DNA from: Phoronis australis
Taxonomy: Eukaryota; Animalia; Phoronida
Length of the DNA stretch: 64,000 nt
Direction of reading: 5' to 3'
Assembly: GCA_002633005.1 (NCBI GenBank)
Contig: NMRA01000225.1
Location: forward strand, 508,275 to 572,274
In this document: piece after piece, positions 50,636 to 63,185 of the stretch
Layout of the letters: every line of letters begins with the position of its first letter
Numbering within the stretch: position 1 is the first letter of the stretch
Made by a program: the position numbers and the translations under genes
Notes under the pieces: model-generated
Told to the model about the DNA's origin: nothing
The model's database searches: none
Seen by the model: only the letters and a program-made list of their open reading frames with translations

Positions 50636-51486
50636 GGGCCCGTTCCAAGAAACTGACTTAAGTTCATTTTTGACTTAAGTTTAATGTTTGTCTTAAGTTT
50701 TTGTCTTAAGTTTTTGACTTAAGACAAATCTTAAGATTATTTTGCGTTCCAAGAAACAATCTTAGCTAAGACTGACTTAAGTTTTTGTGTTAAGTTTAAG
50801 TCAACTCTCACCTGAGTGAAAGTGGTCGACCACTGTGACACAATGGCATTTGCTACAGTTCTAGACTTCTAACATCCTCAGTCTAAAGCTTTGCTTCCAG
50901 ATGTTCAATATGCCTATTAAACGTACTATTCCTGTTAAAATATCGCCTGCACTGACATTGTGCCAAGAACACATATGTAGTCTTAAATTATTTTCATCTG
51001 CTGCCACTTAGTGTACTGGCCAACTGAATTCTTATTACTGTCAAATGAGTTCTCAAGCTCACTGTCCATACTACCTCAAAATATAGAGAACGACGTTGAA
51101 ACACACAAATTTAGTATGAAATATATAATACGGCACCCTTTCGACCACCACGTACACTATTATTGGAGAGCAAGTGCTGTCTGTCCAGAAGATGGTGGAA
51201 ATGTCTTTAAAATGCAAACACAATTTTTCGTGGAACAGGGGCCCGTTCCAACAAAACTGACTTAGCTAAGACAATTCCTAAATTTTACTAAATTTTAAAA
51301 TAAAAGTTCAATTTGTCTCAAAATCATTTCAAGAAAGAGATGTTAAGCTTGATTTCAGTGTTTGACGTACGTTTTGGCTTAATTTTGATGAATTTACCAG
51401 ATATGGAAGCTTCAAAGTTTGGAAGTTAAGACAAATCTTAGACTTAAGTCAATAATGAACTTAAGTCAGTTTCTTGGAACGGGCCC
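50636..51486. mobile_element. PIF/Harbinger-like non-autonomous element with long TIRs
   Basis: gggcccgttccaagaaactgacttaagttcatt ... aatgaacttaagtcagtttcttggaacgggccc, flanked by CTG/CAG; an extra internal terminus lies at 51238. Confidence 0.8.
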
Positions 51487-51854
51487 CAGCTTGACGACCA
51501 TGTCACAAAAACGCCTAATGTAAAAGTAAAAACGCAAAGTAAAAATTAATTTAAAGTTGGGTTAAGATACAGAATAATATAAGGGTAATCGAAAGTCTTT
51601 AACAATAAAATATGTACACGTGTTTACAGCATAGACCAATACACTTTAGAAATGATGTTACGCATCATCACCTCAAAGCGGTTTCAGAAAGATATTTTAA
51701 TATCCCATACCTAAAATAGGTTGACATGTCCCATGCAGAGACGATTAACATCAGATGATTTACAGCAACATCCGGCCAAGTGAAAATCATTTACATCAAT
51801 TTCGGTTTTGCAAATATAGTTATTCGTATTTTTGGAGACGTTCGGTCTACTTAC

Positions 51855-53719
51855 CTTGACGATATACTGAATTCCTCGTATTTGAGAATGTGCTTGTACG
51901 TATTCTCTGCATAGGAACTGGTAAGATGCTTCAGGTGACCTTCAAACCTGTCACGTATACGCTGGTCAGCACGATCCATCTCGGGGATGGCATCAATCAA
52001 GTTTTCAAGTCTCAAGCTCACCAGAATATCTTGCACTTTTTTTTCTAGTTGTTGGTGTTGTTGTTCAAATCCTGGATCAACCAAGTCAACATAAGTGTCG
52101 TACAGCGCAGCAAGCATTTCAGGAACAGTCTGTTCACTTCTCATAATGTGATCGAATTTTTGTTCACACCAAGTCTTCATAGCGTCTAAAACCACCTGCT
52201 CTGCCCGGGGTGGATATCCGGCGGAGACAGTCACATTAAGATCAGAAAAATCTGTTCTTGTTGTGAATAGGGTATCGTCTGCCATCATCGTTTTCATAGA
52301 TTCGAACTCATCCTCATTTTGTTGCCATTCCGCCGATTTACAAATGCTACCTATTTGACACCTGATTTGTTTTTCCAAACGCTCCCTGTTCGCTGTTAGC
52401 TTGGACTCTTTTACATCTCTCCAAATGTCACAAAGGTTCACAATCATTGTTTCTTTGTTAATTTCTGTCCCCGCAATAGACTGTCCATACTCGTAAAGTT
52501 GATCTCTGAATGTTTCATAGCCGGTGAATACATCACTATCCCAGTTCATTTCTTGTAGCAGACGTATAATGTTTGATAAAGTGAGAAACGACTTCACATG
52601 AAGAATCGACTCCTTCAAGTCAAGACTTTTGCATCCTAACCGCTCAACAATGTATACCATGTGATTATCAGCTACAAAGGTTTCTCCTTTAAGCTCTCGG
52701 ATGTACGACAGATGAATGACTTCTGTCAACCTTTCAACTTGATCAGAACCGAGTATTTCCTTCTGCTGCGCGAAATACTTCTCCGACTCCACCAATACAG
52801 GAACAGAAGTACTGCGTTTAAGTATACGAACAAGAAGGTACAAATACTCCAACGACTTCGTGTTTGAAATGTGGTGACAAATGTTGCCAAACGTTATTTT
52901 AAGAACTCTAAAGTTCGTTTCATTTCGTGGAAATTCCTTCTCCAATTGTAAACATTCATGAACCGTCCAAAACGATATCAAGTAATCCAAACACTGTTCC
53001 CATGAAACTTTATCTGAAAAAGCCTTTTTTAACATATGAGGCAAGATTCTAGAAACGCTTTTAAACAACGAGGTGTATATTTCAGTGGCTTTGGTTATCT
53101 TAATCGCCTGTAACATTTTTATTGCGTTTTCTTGCGATAAATGCTTCTGCACTTGTTCGAAAGAATCTTGACAGAAAAGTGACTAACTTGCAATCAAAAA
53201 TTGATGGCTTGCGGGCCAGATATTCTGTTTAGTACCTCCCCTTTTGCTATGAATGGTATTCGATGTCTCTGCAAATTGCTGTAGAGCCTCAGGGAATCGT
53301 GTCAAATCGAGGTCGGTCACCATTCTTTCCATTTCGCCCAAGTAATTTTCCAAGGATTCTGGAGTTACTTCGCAGCTCATGTTTACAACATGGTGAATCA
53401 CACCATCTTTTCTATCTATTTGCTCGTCACCTTTCTTGGAGAGGAATGTGTCGCGATAGACGCTAATGACAGGGTCCATATCCTTCCGCATTGTTTCCTT
53501 TTTAGATTTTAATTCCAAGTTATATAAACACGTAGTTCCTTTGTCTACGTGTAATCCGACTGTGTTTGCAGACTTCCAAATTAGAGGATCCCACTCATCT
53601 TGAGTAAGACATACATAATGATACGCCTCTTGATGTTGCTCAAATGTTACGGTCACTTTCATGGGAGCAGCGCCGAGTTTGTTGATGATGGTTTGCGGCG
53701 TAAACAGTTCGAATCTCAC
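51855..53719 (-). CDS. RNF213: Upstream exon of the RNF213-like gene (N-arm region), interrupted by one in-frame TAG
   Basis: Acceptor ctttacag|GTG at 53719 and donor AG|GTAAGT at 51855 (phase 2, joining the T at 48901 to restore the giant-exon frame). ORFs 53183-53764 and 51851-53152 are in the same frame, separated only by TAG at 53183-53185. Confidence 0.75.
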
Positions 53720-54579
53720 CTGTAAAGAAAGGTCGAAGGAAATATGTCGAAGTTGTTTTAACAACTAAACCATTCTAAACCATTTAAAAATGATTTATAA
53801 TGGCTGCAGAAAATCAACAACGCAGTGCGTTCGTATTCCCACGCATCGCCAATGGTTAGGATATAAAGGATGCTCTTATTTAAAAACATGTTCGCACACT
53901 AGAGCGGTGAAAGCTTGTGAACTTAGAATTAAGTTTATGGAATCCAAGGCAAGTCATCACAAAATACAATATGCAATCTTGGTGGATATTGAAATTGCCG
54001 CAAAGAGAATGAAATTATCCCTAAGAGGTACCTCAGTAGCCGAGCCCACTCACTAATTGGCGGCGGTAAAGCGCACTAAAGTAGACGGTTTACAAGACAA
54101 AAAGGTGGATACCAAACGTGATTATATTAAACTAATAAAATTGCAAGCCGGGTTGCCCAAAATAAGCAAGTGGCGTTCTTTCTTTGACGAAAATCTTATA
54201 ATGCAAAATTTCCTAAAATCCTTCATTAAACTTGACAAAGATCTAAGCAAAGGTGAGAAACTAACAGACAGTTGAAACTCTCCAAAACCAGCAGCAAATG
54301 TCTGCCAGAATTCCGTCAATAGAAACACAATGTTTAAATTTCGTAACGATTCTTTTTTGGCACAAAGGAGCAACGCTGAGCGTTGATATGCGCCCACCGC
54401 GTGCATCATACACAGCGCAGATACAAGGGATGATTGCTGTGATAAAACAACGGTAGTTAACTTCGAGGGGCAGCAGTGCTCTCCTAAATAGGAACACACC
54501 TGCCAAGACCGTAACAAAACAAAACTGACATTGGGGGCAAGTCCAAACGTCGTGATCTGTTGCCACGAATAGACATACC

Positions 54580-55420
54580 CTTGCCAAATTTCACAAAGAT
54601 CTTGCAGGGAGAAACAGCTGGGGATGTGAAAATAGCAAACTGCCGCTAGGGGTAGTCACAGTAGTCAAATTGTTCAAAATCGTTTATCATGCTCTTCCCA
54701 GTAGGAACAGTCAATTTTCATAACGACAAAGAGGCGGACGCCAAAAAAAAAACGGACTCAAATATAACGGCCACTAGGGGTCGTGCACTAGGTCAAATCT
54801 GTATGAAAACGGAAAATGTCATCGCCCCTTCAATAGAAATCCATTCCTCAAATTTCATAAAAATCCGCCCAGGAAGTCTAAAGATACAGAAGAAACGGAA
54901 ATATTTGCTGCTTAGGAAAACGTCGTTGGTTGGATCCGTCCGAAAGTCATCGTCACCTGTTGTCACCTTAATTAACAAAGGGTTTAGGAGAAAGAGCCGC
55001 TCTATTCCCAGTAGTGACAAAAACTTCACTTTTCAAAATCACCTTTTCAGTGGTTTGGCCTATATAAGGGAAGACGGCAAAGATATACTGGAAAACAGTA
55101 AAAAATGGCCACTAGGTTGCGCAAAATACGTCGTTTCCAATCGAAAACTTGAAGGTTGTGTCATTTTCCTAAAAAATACCTAATAGCTAAATTTCATGAA
55201 AATCCGTCAAGGGACACTTAAAGATAGAGGGAAACGTAACCCCCCCAAAATTGCCAGTAAGGGACACACCGGTAGAAAAGTCGCTCATACGGCGTTGCCG
55301 ACCCATCTACGAAAGGAACCTATCTGCAAAATTCCATGAACATACAGAGACCATCAGCAGCCGATGCCAAACGGACGGACAGACATACAGAGGCGGCTGC
55401 ATAATGAGGTTACAAATAAA
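54580..55420. mobile_element. Probable Helentron/DINE-like non-autonomous repeat (related fragments near 5860-6620 and 12060-12130)
   Basis: Recurrent aaatttcat(g/a)aaaatcc motifs and an acggacggacagacatac microsatellite, a pattern typical of such elements; termini not resolved. Confidence 0.4.
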
Positions 55421-55468
55421 TATAAGAGCCCATAATAAGGAAGACGGAAGCCAAAATACTAAAAATAC

Positions 55469-55942
55469 CACTAGTGGGTGCACATCACATCGAAGACGTG
55501 CAAAAATAGGCAGGAGCTATCTTCTGAAAAAGAACACATTGCCACTGACTGTGTCATTAAAAACTCGGTCCGTTCCACGGCACCTTGTACTCGAGTTAAT
55601 AAATTTGTATAAGAGCCACTGTAGCTAAGCCTGTTAACCAGGAATGCCAGGTCCATTTGTGTGCAACAGAACAATTTCCGCATTAGTGATGATTCCACGA
55701 TACTTCAAGACCAACGCTGATATGCGCTCACCGTGTGAATGATAAACGGTAAAGAAACAAAGGGTGTTCACTTTCAGAAATATTTCCACGGTAGTTGGTT
55801 CACCACCACTTTCTTCAGGAACACAAATGTCGAATTTCACGAAGATTTCATCAAACAATTTGGTAAGTGTTGAGGTACAAGCAAAAACACAATTGCTACC
55901 AGGGTGCGCTACAGCCGAACATCCTGGATATTCGTCGGCCAT
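55469..55942 (-). pseudogene. Candidate first coding exon of the RNF213-like gene, apparently damaged
   Basis: ATG in good context (gagcATGG, MADEYPGC...). It is 474 nt to a weak GTATTT donor in phase 0, matching the acceptor at 53719. The first frame is open to TAA at 55634 and a shifted frame is open from about 55638 to 55474, consistent with compensating indels. Confidence 0.4.
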
Positions 55943-56490
55943 GCTCAACTCAATATTTCTAACAAATCTGCCAACTTGCGTGATGATTTTCAAAACGTTC
56001 ATGACGAGGAGGCAGATGCCAAAAACATACACTAAAATTAAAAAAAAAACATGTCCACTAGGAACGTAAAAGGGTCAGATCCAACTGAAACTGGGTAGGT
56101 GTCGTCGTTTTCTTCATACGATGTAGAAGGTTGTATGCCTAATTCCATGAAGATCTATATATGAACTATCTGTAGGCATATTTTTGGACATAAGGAAAGA
56201 AAACCTGAATTAACACTAGCGTACGCTACAGTAGTCACACTGGTTCCGAAATCAATGCCAGTCGTACATGTACACTGCTCAACAGGAATATAAAATACAA
56301 CTTCTTTGGAATGACATCAAGGAACTTGGAAGATATTGCAATATATAAAACAAAAGTTCCATCAAGGAACTCAAGCATATTCAATTCATAGAAAAAAGTC
56401 GTGTGATGTACACCAAAACTTCATCGATATACATGGAGAAAAAATGTGACGTGGTCAGATTTTTCTGGAGGTTTCAAATAGGGTACTTGT

Positions 56491-56797
56491 CAGTGGCGGA
56501 TTTAGGGGGGCAAGGGGGCCATGCCCCCTCTTAAATTCTCCCAGATACCATTTGGCAGTTTGGGTTGCGAATTGCTGACTAGCATATGCGCGCACCTAGG
56601 GGGCTCGGGGGGCAAATGCACCACGCATAAGGTTTGAACAAACCCCGATTACCGTTTTTTTTAGTAAAAAGGTCCGCAAGCCCAAACATTCGAGACCCAT
56701 GCATCCCTGCATTGCAGGCTGGGCGTGCGCATGTGGCGAAATTCTGGTTATTCCTGTGCCCTGCTCCCCCTAACTCAAAATCCTGGATCCGCCCCTG
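56491..56797. mobile_element. hAT-type MITE (duplicated at 59927-60233)
   Basis: TIRs cagtggcggatttagg / cctggatccgcccctg; acttgt repeated on both flanks. Confidence 0.75.
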
Positions 56798-59126
56798 ACT
56801 TGTGAAAGGCCGTCAAAAACGCCATGATGAGTGAGACAGCGAAAATGTGTCGCTGAAGGAACAGAATACATTTAAAAACTTTTATGATTTTCTTTGAATT
56901 GGTCAAAAATTCGTAGTCAAAACTCGTTGTAATTTTAACTGTTTATTCACATAAAATTTGAAAACAACGGCACAGTGTAAAATTGGACACTGATTTTCTA
57001 TGTTGCCGTAGGAATTTTGTTTACCATAGCAATATACCTTCGTCCATCTGCTTAGACTTTAACGGGGAATAAATATGGGTTATACCACATACATAGGAAT
57101 CCTACTGCCATATCCTAACGAGAATTCATTTCCCAACTCAAGGAAAAGTCGAGTTGGGATATTCCCACATGAAATGAATTCGAGATAGGATATCAGAGTA
57201 GTATTCTTATGCTTGAAAGATAACCTATTTATCCCATAAAGATGAACCTATTTATTTGCATCATCGCCACAATATCTTGTAGCCGTGCGCTTCAACTTGT
57301 TACATGAACTCACTTATATGCCAAGCACGGTACTCACGGCACTTACGCTACAAGATTACCTGTGAAAGTGTTGAATAAGCATTAAAGCTTTATTTCATGA
57401 TAAATTTATAATGAAATTTCAGTTTGTGAAATATAACACTGTGCGTTCCTGGCGGGTGCTATAAAAATAGGAGAGCGTACGACTAGTCGGCTGATCAACT
57501 AGACAATAACCACCGCCTCTAGGTGACCCCAATAGAGACGGTGAAGCTCCTATTGGGATCGTTGGCCAAATGGGTCAACGTTAGGCCGTTAAATTAAGTG
57601 CGTGTTTTAAGTTAATTCTTGTTAGGAGCGTTAAGTAATTGTTTGCGGCGTAAAATAACAATTTACGTCGTAAAGTAGTTATTACTTCACGGCGTAAAGT
57701 AAGTATTCACGGCGTTAAAAGTTATTTTAAAATAATTACTTTGCATAGCAAATAATTTGAACGATTGAAATATTTCTATGCCCTCTCGCCGGTTTAAGAC
57801 ATGACTGCGAAAATGTGCCTGATTCCCAAAACAAAGCCACGCGCGTTCTCATCTCCCGTAATCCGGGACGACCCTATCCACAGTCCGTTCCGGCAATTCA
57901 ATTTTTGATCTGAGTTTGTTGCACGTCTGCCTTCGTACAATCGTTGACAACGTTATGACGAATGCACCGAGTCGCTGCAGGGCCAGCGTCCAGCATATCA
58001 TACAACCAGTTGTGAAAAAAGATAAATTCTCACCCAAATCCATTCATTTCACTGGTAATCTGATCTCGTGGTCACGGCGCAATTCAACCACAGTTACTCG
58101 ATTTGTATACAACATTTCCTATCTGGTTTCTTTTAGTCTTCAGGTCAAGAGGCTAGCTCCTTCCTTACCAGTTTCACTTGATTCATTGTCAACAAAAATC
58201 ACAAAATTAACAATAATTAAGTTAACTCCACACTGCCAATTCAGCTGACATTACGATTAAACGTTCAAATAGATCAAGGCAAATAGCATGTAAAAGTTAT
58301 ATTGACCAAACGCAAATTTTCACTGAAGAATTAATCAGAAACCTTCAGATTTTTACTACTGCTAACGTTTACAGCTTTTTCTCGGCTTTGGGAAATCGAC
58401 TTGATATGAGCATTTTTGCTGGAGTTTTAATAAAAAAGTGTGATGAAAACAATTGAAAGCACTTTTTAGCTATCAATGTACCTCTCAAAAACGATGTTTT
58501 TACCCAAAGCGCATGATCATGGGACCACGGGAACGGCAAACTGCTGTAATTAACATAGATTTGCCTCGACTCAAATTTCAGAAAATATATACTTTATGGG
58601 TTAATAGACTCTAGTTAATTAAATATTTCACGAATAAGACAATATAACTGGGAGCACACGGAACCTTAAAGCATGATCCGTAGGCGGACTTGGGAGGGGG
58701 CTTCTGGGGGTGACCAAAACAATTGTAGGCGTTACTCGAACGAGAATTTTTGGTTGGCACCCATTGTGACTTCCAAAATCCCACAGAAGATGCTTTCAGT
58801 TCTTACTCAACCTATTCGGAGGTCAAAAACCTGGGAAGTTTATTCATTAGCATTACCCTGTGAATATCGAGCCACTCACTGAACTAACCATATATATATA
58901 TCAAACGTCTACACGAAACTCAACATTCGACGGGGCGGGGTCAACATATCTCGAACTATGGTATTATAGTAGCTTTATAAATTTCTAGGCATCAAGCTGC
59001 CAGCTGCTTGCTGTTTCCCTACGTGCCTAGCCTGCAGGCAGGTATCACGCAGTAGCACGCGCTTTAGCATTGGTTGATGTAACCTCGGAAGTCATTGCCA
59101 GCTTTACAACAACGTGAAAAATGGCG

Positions 59127-59892
59127 GACTATAGAACGATTTTTAGCCTTGTCATGCAAGTGGCGTAGCAGCAAGTACTCCGTTTCTGCAGTAATGTTTA
59201 ATAGCTGCGTGCTTGAAGCACATACATGTACAATAAACACATATCTGGTCCGATTTAACCTGTGTGTTATTCATACTGTATGAATACAGGACAGCATCGT
59301 AAACAAAAGTCATCGACAGTAGAAAGATGCACTCCGGAAAGGCGCAACCACAATTTCTGAGATTCACATTTCCTGAACACAAATTTTAAGGACCAATTTG
59401 TCTATACAACAGACCACATTTACACTTCTTCCATCAGTCATGTCACTTTTCTCGCTGGTTCCCTGCGTGCCGCTAGATGGGGCGGTAGCCGCGCCAGCAC
59501 GCAGGTATCACTTAAATTTCCTCTGTAAATTTTTTTACACCGGCGTTTCTGATTGGCTAGTCGAATTCTCAACAGGCAGCGCTTTGCGCAAACAAACTGG
59601 CATGACTGATGGACTGAAGTGTAAATGTCACGGTGGTCTGTTGTACAGACAAATCGGTGCTTAAAATTATGTTCAGGAAATGTGAAGCCTACTAGAAATT
59701 GTATTGAGCCTTTTCGGAATACATCTTTCTACTGTCGATGACTTTTGTTTACGATAGTGTCCTTATACAGTATGAATAACACACCGGTTAAATCGGCCAC
59801 ATAATATGTGTTTATTGTGCATGTATGTGCTTCAAGCACGCGGCTATTAAACATCACTTCAGAAACGACAAGGCTAAAAATCGTTCACAGTC
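59127..59892. mobile_element. Foldback element with ~300-bp inverted arms
   Basis: 59127-59441 (gactatagaacgatttttagccttgtc...catcagtcatg) is the reverse complement of 59601-59892 (catgactgatg...gacaaggctaaaaatcgttcacagtc). Confidence 0.85.
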
Positions 59893-62800
59893 NGATTTTT
59901 CTGGAGGTTTCAAATAGGGTACTTGTCAGTGGCGGATTTAGGGGGGCAAGGGGGCCATGCCCCCTCTTAAATTCTCCCAGATACCATTTGGCAGTTTGGG
60001 TTGCGAATTGCTGACTAGCATATGCGCGCACCTAGGGGGCTCGGGGGGCAAATGCACCACGCATAAGGTTTGAACAAACCCCGATTACCGTTTTTTTAGT
60101 AAAAAGGTCCGCAAGCCCAAACATTCGAGACCCATGCATCCCTGCATTGCAGGCTGGGCGTGCGCATGTGGCGAAATTCTGGTTATTCCTGTGCCCTGCT
60201 CCCCCCTAACTCAAAATCCTGGATCCGCCCCTGACTTGTGAAAGGCCGTCAAAAACGCCATGATGAGTGAGACAGCGAAAATGTGTCGCTGAAGGAACAG
60301 AATACATTTAAAAACTTTTATGATTTTCTTTGAATTGGTCAAAAACTCGTAATCAATAACTTTGTTGTAATTTTAACTGTTTATTCACATAAAATTTGAA
60401 AACAACGGCACAGTGTAAAATTGGACACTGATTTTCTATGTTGCCGTAGGAATTTTGTTTACCATAGCAATATACCTTCGTCCATCTGCTTAGACTTTAA
60501 CGGGGAATAATTATGGGTTATACCACATACAGAGGAATGCTACTACCATATCCTAACGAGAATTCATTTCCCAACTCCAGGAGAAGTCGAGTTGGGATGT
60601 TCCCACATGAAATGAATTCGAGATAGGATATCAGAGTAGTATTATTATGCTTGAAAGATAACCTATTTATCCCATAAATATGAACCTATTTGCATCATCG
60701 CCACAATATCTTGTAGCCGTGCGCTTCAACTTGTTACATGAACTCACTTATATGCCAAGCACGGTACTCACGGCACTTACGCTACAAGATTACCTGTGAA
60801 AGTGTTGAATAAGCATTAAAGCTTTATTTCATGATAAATTTATAATGAAATTTCAGTTTGTGAAATATAACACTGTGCGTTCCTGGCGGGCGCTATAAAA
60901 ATAGGAGAGCGCACGACTAGTCGGCTGATCACGAACTTCTAAGCAACTAGACAATGACCACCACCTCTAGGTGACACCAATAGAGACGGTGAAGCTCCTA
61001 TTGGGATCGTTGGCCGAATGGGTCAACGTTAGGCCGTTAAATTAAGTGCGTGTTTTAAGTTAATTCTTGTTAGGAGCGTTAAGTAATTGTTTGCGGCGTA
61101 AAATAACAATTTACGTCGTAAAGTAGTTATTACTTCACGGCGTAAAGTAAGTATTCGCGGCGTTAAAAGTTATTTTAAAATAATTACTTTACATAGCAAA
61201 TAATTTGAACGATTGAAATATTTCTATGCCCTCTCGCCGGTTTAAGACATGACTGCGAAAATGTGCCTGATTCCCAAAACAAAGCCACGCGCTTTCTCAT
61301 CTCCCGTAATCCGGGACGACCCTATTCACAGTCCGTTCCGGCAATTCAATTTTTGATCTGAGTTTGTTCCACGGCATATCATGCAACAAGTTGTGAAAAA
61401 AGATAAATTCTCACCCAAATTCATTCATTTCATTGGTAATCTGATCTCGAGGTCACGGCGCAATTCAACCACAGTCACTCGATTTGTATTCAACATTTCC
61501 TATCTGGTTTCTTTTAGTCTTCAGGTCAAGAGGCTAGCTCCTTCCTTACCAGTTTCACTTGATTCAGTGTCAACAAAAGTCACAAAATTAGCAATAATTA
61601 AGTTAACTCCACACTGCCAATTCAGCTGACATTACGATTAAACGTTCAAATAGATCAAGGTAAATAGCATGTAAAAGTTATATTGACCAAACGCAAATTT
61701 TCACTGAATATTTAATCAGAAACCTTCAGAATTTTACTACTGCTAACGTTTACAGCTTTTTCTCGGCTTTGGGAAATCGACTTGATATGAGCATTTTTGC
61801 TGGAGTTTTAATAAAAAAGTGTGATGAAAGCAATTGAAAGCACTTTTTAGCTATCAATGTACCTCTCAAAAACGATGTTTTTACCCAAAGCGCATGATGA
61901 TGGGACCACGCGAACGGCAAACTGCTGTAATTAACATAGATTTGCCTCGACTCAAATTTCAGAAAATATATACTTTTATGGGTTAATAGACTCTAGTTAA
62001 TTAATCACGAATAAGACAATATAATTGGGAGCACACGGAACCTTAAAGCATGATCCGTAGGCGGACTTGGGAGGGGGCTTCTGGGGGTGACCAAAACAAT
62101 TGTAGGCGTTACTCGAACGAGAATTTTTGGTTGGCACCCATTGTGACTTCCAAAATCCCACAGAAGATGCTTTCAGTTCATACTCAACCTATTCGGAGGT
62201 CAGAAACCTGGGATGTTTATTCATTAGCATTACCCTGTGAATATCGAGCTACTCACTGAACTAACCATATACATATATCAAACGTCTACACGAAACTCAA
62301 CATTCGACAGGGCGGGGTCAACATATCTCGAACTATGGTATTATAGTAGCTTTATATATTTCCAGGCATCAAGCTGCCAGCTGTTTCCCTACGTGCCTAG
62401 CCAGCAGGCAGGTATCACGCAGTAGCACGCGCTTTAGCATTGGTTGATGTAACCTCGGCAGTCATTGCCAGCTTTACAACAACGTGAAAAATGGCGGACT
62501 ATAGAACGACAAAGATGCACTCCGGAAAGGCGCAACCGCAATTTCTGAGATTCACATTTCCTGAACACAAATTTTAAGGACCAATTTGTCTATACAACAG
62601 ACTACATTTACACTTCTTCCATCAGTCACGCCACTTTTTTGCGTAAAGCGCAGCCTGTTGAGAATTCGAGCAGCCAATCAGAAACGCCGGTGTAAAAAAA
62701 TCTCGAGGCTGCCACCTAGCGGCACGCAGGGAACCAGTGAGCTGCCAGCTAGACTCGGGAGCCTGTGGCTTCACAAATAGTCCATGAACTAAATACTAAC

Positions 62801-63185
62801 TGTTGTTCTTATGTACACTGGCATATTTTTGCAGTCTGTTCTAATAATTAGCGCCTCCTAATTTTATAATAATAGTGTTCTTGGTTTATTTTGTGTAATT
62901 GTTCTGTTTGTGTTAATGATTGGCATGATCCCTGAGGACAGTACAGTGATGATGTAATTTTTTTACTACAGTATAAGGTGGAACTTTCTAGAAGACTCTA
63001 GCATGGCAGCGATTAATGCAGTCTGGAATATTCTAGAGCCTAGTATATGTTTGTACAATGATTGGGTTGAGTCCGGAAAGTTCTAGAATGTGCTTAAATT
63101 GGTGAACAGTTCCAGAACAATGCATTAGTACGGTGGCCCGAAAGTATCATCGCTATTTTAGTTAATTAATTTTTTTATTTTTCCT

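Larger units (their letters stand above)
56458..62630. repeat. ~3-kb duplication across a single N (probable uncollapsed haplotypes)
   Basis: 56458-59440 is repeated at 59894-62630 with n at 59893. SNPs and indels include a 14-bp insertion near 60931, and ~70-bp and ~180-bp deletions in the second copy. Confidence 0.85.

Noticed and set aside
53183-53185. Stop-codon reassignment (alternative genetic code)
   Set aside because: The annexin ends in TAG and the espin-like gene in TAA, and about 3790 consecutive codons contain no stop triplet used as sense.
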